This document shows, piece by piece, positions 51,667-56,658 of a stretch of 56,658 nucleotides of DNA. How positions within the stretch are numbered: the first letter of the stretch is position 1; the number at the start of each line of letters is the position of its first letter. The stretch is taken from the IMG/VR virus record IMGVR_UViG_3300045988_084830, positions 1 to 56,658 of that record; one strand, given 5' to 3'. Position numbers and translations under genes: made by a program. The notes beneath the pieces are model-generated. The model did not search any database. It was not told the origin of the DNA and saw only the letters and a program-made list of their open reading frames with translations. This DNA comes from a virus.

Positions 51667-52005
51667 TTACTGCTTTTCCAGCGCCGCCTTCATGCGGTCA
51701 AAGAAAAACTGAATCACGGTGCCGATGGTCTCATCGGTGATGGCCCAGCTGATAAGCCTGCCCCACTTGCTGGCGCTGAGGGCCGTGCGGAGCATCTGCG
51801 CCACCCACGCCTTGCGTTCTGCGCCTCTCTTGGTGCCCTGAATCTCTTGCTCTGCCTGCTCGATCAGGTCGAGCACAGTGCCCTTGACAGCCGCGCCATA
51901 GCCCAGCCGGATGCAGCCCAGGGCGTAGAACGCAAAGCCGCCCAGCATGAGCACGAGGGCCACAGGGGCAGGAAGTGCGGTCAAAAGATTACGAATCGCT
52001 TCCAT
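51667..52005 (-). CDS. Holin (LL-H-like)
   Basis: N-terminal TM segment PAPVALVLMLGGFAFYALG, then a GAERKAWVAQMLRTAL... tail as in the LL-H holin family. It lies next to the lysin. Confidence 0.55.
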   Translation of the reverse strand: MEAIRNLLTALPAPVALVLMLGGFAFYALGCIRLGYGAAVKGTVLDLIEQAEQEIQGTKRGAERKAWVAQMLRTALSASKWGRLISWAITDETIGTVIQFFFDRMKAALEKQ

Positions 52006-52378
52006 GATTGGTAACTCCTTTCAAAAGATAGTTGTCGATGTCGGTGCGGCTCTTCTGCATCCCCTCGCGGTTGTTGCCGGACAGCTGCGCATCCAGAAGG
52101 TTGCGCACCCCGTCGAGGGTCAGACGGCTCACCTCGTCAATTTCTTCAAAGCGGCGCAGATCTCGGGCAAGGGCCTGCGTGTGTTGGAGCTGGCCCTGCT
52201 CTAAGGTGCCGATGCGCTTGTCCATCTCATCCAGCCGCTTGTTCTGCACGTTATCCGGTTCCTGCGCCTTTTTGATGTACTTATGGATGATTTCCAGCAC
52301 CTTGTCGATGGTGATGGCCGCAGCGCACAGGCTGCCCAGGATGCCCAGCACCCACAGCAAAGCTTCTTTTTCGGTCAT
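51989..52378 (-). CDS. Holin-associated single-TM coiled-coil protein
   Basis: N-terminal TM segment LLWVLGILGSLCAAAI. It lies between the lysin and the holin. Confidence 0.45.
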   Translation of the reverse strand: MTEKEALLWVLGILGSLCAAAITIDKVLEIIHKYIKKAQEPDNVQNKRLDEMDKRIGTLEQGQLQHTQALARDLRRFEEIDEVSRLTLDGVRNLLDAQLSGNNREGMQKSRTDIDNYLLKGVTNHGSDS

Positions 52379-53172
52379 TTGCCCTCCCGGAGACGGGTCA
52401 GACCCTTCTTGCGGATGATTTTCGGGTAGTTGAGGGTGGTCACGTTGAGGTCAACGTTGCCGGAGATGCCAGGCACGCGGCCCTTGCTGGTGTGCTGGTG
52501 AGCGTTGTAGTGGTAGCCGACGGCGGGAGTCTTGCCCGTGTAGTCGGCCAGCCAAACGTCCCAGCGGTTTGCCAGACGGCCCATGTCCAACTCATAGCTG
52601 TAACTCGTGTAGGTGTACAGCTGGGCGTAAAATCCCATCTTTTCCACCTGCTCCAGCGCATAGGCGGTGAGGTTTGTGAGGTCGAGGGTGGACAGCTGCT
52701 TAATGCTGTTTTCCTCCACGTCCACCGCGAGGGGCATGGTCAGCTCCTTTCCGTAGACCGCCTGCCGTACAAGGGCAAGCTCTGCATCGGCCATTGCTTC
52801 GCTGGTAGCATAGGTGTAGTAGTAAACGCCCACGTCCAGCCCAGCCGCTTTGGCGTTGCGGTAGTTCGCTTCAAAGGTCGGGTCGATGTACAAGCCGTCT
52901 GCCCGATTGGAGAGCTTGCGGTTGGTGGACACTGTCTTGAGCATGGCCCCCTTGTAGCCCGCCGCCGCCACCTGTGCCCAATCGATGATTCCCTGATACC
53001 GGCTCACGTCAATGTACCGGTAAGGAGGCTCACCTGCCCACCCGGTCACGGTGTCCACAGTGGGCACGCCCGGTGCAGGAGCAGGTTCTTCCTTGTCGGC
53101 GCTGTCCCCGGCAGCGTGAGAGAGCGCAGAAAAGATATCCCGCAGGAAGTCAAGCATCACTTTCCATCTCAT
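52375..53172 (-). CDS. Endolysin, GH25 muramidase
   Basis: The signature is YIDVSRYQGIIDWAQVAAAGYKGAMLK...DVGVYYY. A possible alternative start lies at 53157. Confidence 0.8.
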   Translation of the reverse strand: MRWKVMLDFLRDIFSALSHAAGDSADKEEPAPAPGVPTVDTVTGWAGEPPYRYIDVSRYQGIIDWAQVAAAGYKGAMLKTVSTNRKLSNRADGLYIDPTFEANYRNAKAAGLDVGVYYYTYATSEAMADAELALVRQAVYGKELTMPLAVDVEENSIKQLSTLDLTNLTAYALEQVEKMGFYAQLYTYTSYSYELDMGRLANRWDVWLADYTGKTPAVGYHYNAHQHTSKGRVPGISGNVDLNVTTLNYPKIIRKKGLTRLREGK

Positions 53173-53293
53173 AAAATCCCTCCTCCGTCAGCTTTGCCAG
53201 CACGGCATCCTTGTACCGGTCAGGCACGTTGTCGATGGTAAAAGCGCCGTCAAAACGGTGCAGTTTGATTTGGGTCACATAGAACAGAACCAT
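53150..53293 (-). CDS. XkdX-like small protein (47 aa)
   Basis: ATG at 53293 follows AAGGAGGA. Only the last 47 codons of the tracked ORF 53150..53584 appear to be coding. Confidence 0.45.
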   Translation of the reverse strand: MVLFYVTQIKLHRFDGAFTIDNVPDRYKDAVLAKLTEEGFYEMESDA

Positions 53294-53303
53294 AACATCC
53301 TCC

Positions 53304-53675
53304 TTACTGTGCGGCCAGCAGGTCGAGCATAGCCGCTTCCAGAGCAGCAAGGCGCTCTTCTGCGGTGGGCAGCTGTGCCTTTTCCTCTGCTTCCTTGCGG
53401 GCCTTTTCCTGTGCGGCCAGCTCTTCGGCGGTGTACAGCACATACCGCTGCACTTCCACCTCTTCGTCATAGGCTCCCTTTGCGGCGACACCGGGCACGT
53501 CCACCACCTTCCAGCGGTCACGGCCCCCGTTGGGGTAGGTCTTGTACTCATAGTGGCTAACCTCTTCCACGCCCGCCACAGCATCGTGGTGGATGGTCTG
53601 GGTCTCCTGCTTGAGGTATCCTTTCGTCAAGTCGGGGGTGGCGATTTCTACGCCGTTACTGTCGATGATTTTCAT
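53304..53675 (-). CDS. Hypothetical tail-fibre-associated protein
   Basis: ATG at 53675 follows AAAGGAGA. It has a C-terminal coiled coil. Confidence 0.5.
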   Translation of the reverse strand: MKIIDSNGVEIATPDLTKGYLKQETQTIHHDAVAGVEEVSHYEYKTYPNGGRDRWKVVDVPGVAAKGAYDEEVEVQRYVLYTAEELAAQEKARKEAEEKAQLPTAEERLAALEAAMLDLLAAQ

Positions 53676-53686
53676 AAAATCTCCTT

Positions 53687-54178
53687 TCAGGCGACACGCT
53701 TCCATGCGTACATGCAGTAGTAGGGCGGCATGTTGTTGTGTGGTTGGCCAGCGCCACTAGTATTTGTTGCTAGATAACCCGCGGATTCATCTGCGTCAAT
53801 GATTAACGATATATCATTAATCATGACATGATGCTGCGCTTGGAGTTTAATTCCAAGTGCAGATGCGGTTTTATAATACCAGTCAACGTTTCCATAAGAG
53901 ACAATTTCATGTGAGTGCGGGCCATTCTCCAGATTTGTCAATGAATGCTTTGCTTCGCCGCCCGTACTTCCTGCCGCATAGGTATCGCCAGCGGCCAGGA
54001 TAAAACTGTCTTTGATCTGCTCCCATGTGCCGCCGTAAAGCTCGGCAGGGCTGGTGGGTTTTTCGCTGATGTACAGACTGCCAACGGGGTGGTCTCGCTC
54101 GACTACCGCCGCAAGGACTTGCTGATAGATAGCATAGGCATCAGGGCCAATGCCATTTTTGAGTTCTCCTAGTGCCAT
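53687..54178 (-). CDS. Tail fibre / tail-collar domain protein (short)
   Basis: HPVGSLY...GGTWEQI...GQPHNNMPPYYCMYAWKRVA is a tail-collar-like pattern. Confidence 0.6.
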   Translation of the reverse strand: MALGELKNGIGPDAYAIYQQVLAAVVERDHPVGSLYISEKPTSPAELYGGTWEQIKDSFILAAGDTYAAGSTGGEAKHSLTNLENGPHSHEIVSYGNVDWYYKTASALGIKLQAQHHVMINDISLIIDADESAGYLATNTSGAGQPHNNMPPYYCMYAWKRVA

Positions 54179-54189
54179 AATGTCTCCTT

Positions 54190-55287
54190 TCAGGCGGTAC
54201 GAAGCCAAGTGTAAGTAAAGTATGCCGGGGGTTGGACTGTAGTGCTATTGCCATAGATGGAGCTGCCAACGGCACGGACATAGTTAGAATATATCGAGAC
54301 ATCGCCGCCACTAGACCCTTTTGTCAAAACCCACCCGTCAGCAAGAGTTGTGGAAAGAATGCCGTTTGCGGTTGGTTTGTTGCTTGAAAAAAGCACGCCG
54401 TTTAGCTGTCCATATATGCTCGGTAAACCTGCCTCTACCGTCGTACCAGCTGGGTGCGTGTCGCTTGCACCCATTAACGCCCTATCTTGCGCAATCTTTT
54501 CCCATGTGCCGCCGCCAAAAGTCACAGCCGGGTTTTCCGGGCTGATGGTCTGATAGATACTACCCACAGGATGTGCCGCAAGCAGGAAGTTGGAATAAAT
54601 GGAGCCGTCACCATAGAATTGCCCGCCATACTTGATGGGATACCACCGGGCGGAAATTTCCGCAGTCGGAATGTTGTGTGCACGGATACGGATAGCTCCG
54701 GTTCGAGTTTCGGGGTTTACGAGCATAGCTTTACCGGCTACGTCTGCGCTTGCGGGGTCGATGCTGACAGATACCACAGTCGTGGACGTAACGTCCGCTG
54801 TAATGTCAATGTAATGTGGGTACTCTGCAACTTCTGTGTCTGTTTGCCACCCAGTAATTGGAATAGAAAGATCATGTGGAACGACGGAGTCTGCTTTGCC
54901 CGCCAGAGCATCACCGGTAGCCTTTGCGTCGGCAGGGGCGTTTTCGATGCTGAGGGTTTTGTCAGTATTTGCCTTGGCCCCGGCCTCTTCCGAGTATTTC
55001 TTTGCATTGGCTTCACTGGTTGCAGCGGCAGATGCACTGGATGCAGAAGCCCCAGCGGATGCAGCGGATTCTCCAGCTTTTGTGGTTGCAATTCCGGCCT
55101 GTTCAGTGGCAGTAGCGGCAGAAGTAGAAGCTCCGTCCGCTTCCCGCTTTGCATTGGCTGCGCTTGCCTCCGCACTCTTTCGAGCCGCTTCGACCGCTTT
55201 AATCCAGTCCTCTTCTGTGCCATCATATCCATACTTTACAGCAATGGCATAGGCGCTATAAGGGCCGATTTCAATTGTTTTGCTCAT
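54190..55287 (-). CDS. Tail fibre protein (Ala-rich stalk, tail-collar-like end)
   Basis: 365 aa with an Ala/Ser/Glu-rich coiled stalk. The C-terminus HPVGSIY...GGGTWEKI...TTVQPPAYFTYTWLRTA parallels 53687..54178. Confidence 0.65.
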   Translation of the reverse strand: MSKTIEIGPYSAYAIAVKYGYDGTEEDWIKAVEAARKSAEASAANAKREADGASTSAATATEQAGIATTKAGESAASAGASASSASAAATSEANAKKYSEEAGAKANTDKTLSIENAPADAKATGDALAGKADSVVPHDLSIPITGWQTDTEVAEYPHYIDITADVTSTTVVSVSIDPASADVAGKAMLVNPETRTGAIRIRAHNIPTAEISARWYPIKYGGQFYGDGSIYSNFLLAAHPVGSIYQTISPENPAVTFGGGTWEKIAQDRALMGASDTHPAGTTVEAGLPSIYGQLNGVLFSSNKPTANGILSTTLADGWVLTKGSSGGDVSIYSNYVRAVGSSIYGNSTTVQPPAYFTYTWLRTA

Positions 55288-55712
55288 TCAAACGTCACCT
55301 CCAAAATCCCAGAGCCGTTGTCTTGCATATTTATTTCGGTCAAGCTATCGCTTTTAACCATATAAAGAACGCCGTTTTTCTGTTCAAAGTTCATCCAACC
55401 GCCTTTATTAGCGCTTTGTTCTGCAAGGCGGGCGCTTTCAGCGGAGTTTTCGGCTTGCTTCTGTGACTCTTGCGCGGACGTTTTGGTATTTACTTCGGAC
55501 AGTTTTGCATTCAGCTCTGCTTTTTCAGCGGCAATTCTTGCAATGTCCGCACCTGCAACGTCTGAAAGAGTATTCAGCGTTTCAGCATTCATAGGAGTGC
55601 CTTCAACGATAGGCTCATCGTTGCGAACCAGTGTGACAACTTCCGATGTGCCGTCAGACTTTTTCATTGTCCATCGGTTTGGGTACTTTGCCTTGCGGTC
55701 AACAAATACCAT
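55284..55712 (-). CDS. BppU-N-like fibre/baseplate protein
   Basis: MVFVDRKAKYPNRW is the typical N-terminus. ATG at 55712 follows GGAGGTGA. Confidence 0.5.
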   Translation of the reverse strand: MVFVDRKAKYPNRWTMKKSDGTSEVVTLVRNDEPIVEGTPMNAETLNTLSDVAGADIARIAAEKAELNAKLSEVNTKTSAQESQKQAENSAESARLAEQSANKGGWMNFEQKNGVLYMVKSDSLTEINMQDNGSGILEVTFE

Positions 55713-56163
55713 AGTAAGGTTCACCTCCGCATATTGGTTCTGAGCAGTAAAGCAAGTGGTCGTTTGCGATTCGCTCTACCTCGGCCAAAATTGTTTCAAT
55801 CAGGTTCATGATCTGATATGTCAGGTTGTTCATACTTGATGGCGTGTCGGACAATCTACCTGGGCCGCTACATTTAGCTCGGATGTTGGAAATGTTCACA
55901 AGCCAGCGAGAAGCGTCCGAGACAGTCAGGTATCCATTTACATCCCAATCGATTTTTACCGAAACAGATGCGTTTAAAATGTCTGCAACCTCTTGAATTC
56001 CACTTTCAATACGGTTATAGTCTGTGTAACTCAGAGCACCTTTCATGCCAGCGGCCCATTCCGCTTGTTCGTCTGCCGACCATGTGCCTGAACGTCCCTT
56101 TTCTGAAATTTCAGAAACTCGAGATACATCTTCATAGGTTCTATCAGTAATCCATGTTGCCAC
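55699..56163 (-). CDS. Hypothetical tail-associated protein
   Basis: 154 aa with W.TDRTYEDV...YTDYNRIE, a motif seen in fibre-adjacent proteins. Confidence 0.45.
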   Translation of the reverse strand: MATWITDRTYEDVSRVSEISEKGRSGTWSADEQAEWAAGMKGALSYTDYNRIESGIQEVADILNASVSVKIDWDVNGYLTVSDASRWLVNISNIRAKCSGPGRLSDTPSSMNNLTYQIMNLIETILAEVERIANDHLLYCSEPICGGEPYYGIC

Positions 56164-56174
56164 TATTATTCACC

Positions 56175-56658
56175 TCAAATCATCAGATTTCCATTTGCGT
56201 CAATCTCAAGATTGTCAGGCAGAGTAAACGCAGGTCTAGCAAAAACGGATTCATTATTTGCCCATATGCTCCTGCTTGTTCCGCTGTAAGAGCAACAAAC
56301 AACTCCGTGCTCTGCACGTTCCGCATCTTCTCCGCTCAAACCATCAGAAGAAGCGTCCGTCAACGGACTTCTTGTCCAGCAAAGTTCTGTTTCACTGTCC
56401 AAGATTTGCTGAGCCGTAGGAAGTTTTTCACCGTTGTTCGGGTCTGCGTTATACGCATTTCCACCAATACCGAGCTCTTTAGAAGTCAGGAGGAAAACGC
56501 TTTCAGCAACATAAGTAGTCGGCTCAAATATGCTGCTTGCTTTTTTTTGGAGAACAGTTTCGCCTATAAAATTCTTCATAGCATCGCTAAACAGATTTTT
56601 GTAATCATTGTTAAGCCAATTTCGGATTTCAGATGCTCCATCATCGTATCTAGGAACA
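56175..56658 (-). CDS. C-terminal part of the wrapped 959-aa tail protein
   Basis: Same frame as 1..2515 through the 119-bp overlap. The tracked ORF starts at an internal Met. Confidence 0.8.
   Translation of the reverse strand, partial: VPRYDDGASEIRNWLNNDYKNLFSDAMKNFIGETVLQKKASSIFEPTTYVAESVFLLTSKELGIGGNAYNADPNNGEKLPTAQQILDSETELCWTRSPLTDASSDGLSGEDAERAEHGVVCCSYSGTSRSIWANNESVFARPAFTLPDNLEIDANGNLMI
56540..56658. repeat. Terminal direct repeat, right copy
   Basis: Identical to 1..119. Confidence 0.95.

Larger units (their letters stand above)
1..56658. mobile_element. Complete temperate siphovirus-like phage genome with plasmid-type maintenance genes (phage-plasmid), circularly closed
   Basis: Full structural, lysis, replication and lysogeny modules are present, plus Rep_3/ParA/resolvase. 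There is a terminal 119-bp overlap. No integrase-like ORF was seen. Confidence 0.8.

Noticed and set aside
53150-53584. 144-aa ORF overlapping the 53304..53705 gene.
   Set aside because: Only its last 47 codons, from the ATG at 53293 with a strong SD, are non-overlapping and XkdX-like. The upstream part is an out-of-frame overlap.

Overview
The window is a complete, circularly closed temperate siphovirus-type phage genome. Bases 1..119 are identical to 56540..56658, so the unique length is 56,539 bp. The host looks like a Firmicutes/Clostridia-type bacterium. I found no integrase. The genome does carry a plasmid maintenance set: a Rep_3 initiator with five ~21-bp iterons and a DnaA box, ParA, an RHH partner and a small serine resolvase. 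I therefore read it as a phage-plasmid.

Minus strand, late operon: TerL, two tRNA-like elements, portal, scaffold, decoration protein, E-like capsid, connectors, major tail, G and G-T chaperones with an A_AAA_AAC slip site, and a 1286-aa tape measure. These are followed by a Dit-like protein, a 959-aa tail protein that wraps the window junction, tail-collar fibres, an XkdX-like protein, a GH25 endolysin and holins.

Minus strand, early operon (40074 down to 24006): Cro-like, Sak4-type ATPase, DUF669 SSB-like, RecU-like resolvase and MazG. It also holds a cytosine methyltransferase split at a G9 tract, many Zn-ribbon proteins, TerS-like, Lar-like, replisome organiser, DnaB and a RepA_N-type initiator. 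It ends in a field of AATAGTCGT iterons.

Plus strand: RHH and Rha-antirepressor genes, a 4-gene module, two XRE repressors and the plasmid module.

Most interesting unexplained items:
- A six-gene cargo operon (47409..50475) of Cys/Gln/Pro/Tyr-rich and tiny-TM proteins, sitting behind its own promoter and a long structured leader with tandem terminators.
- Two tRNA-like elements with aberrant anticodon arms between TerL and portal.
- A 440-bp ORF-free, strand-asymmetric motif array inside the early operon.
- The homopolymer-split methyltransferase.
- A face-to-face promoter switch with four operators.
- A 32-bp palindrome next to the resolvase.

All functional calls come from reading motifs by eye. 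No database search was run.
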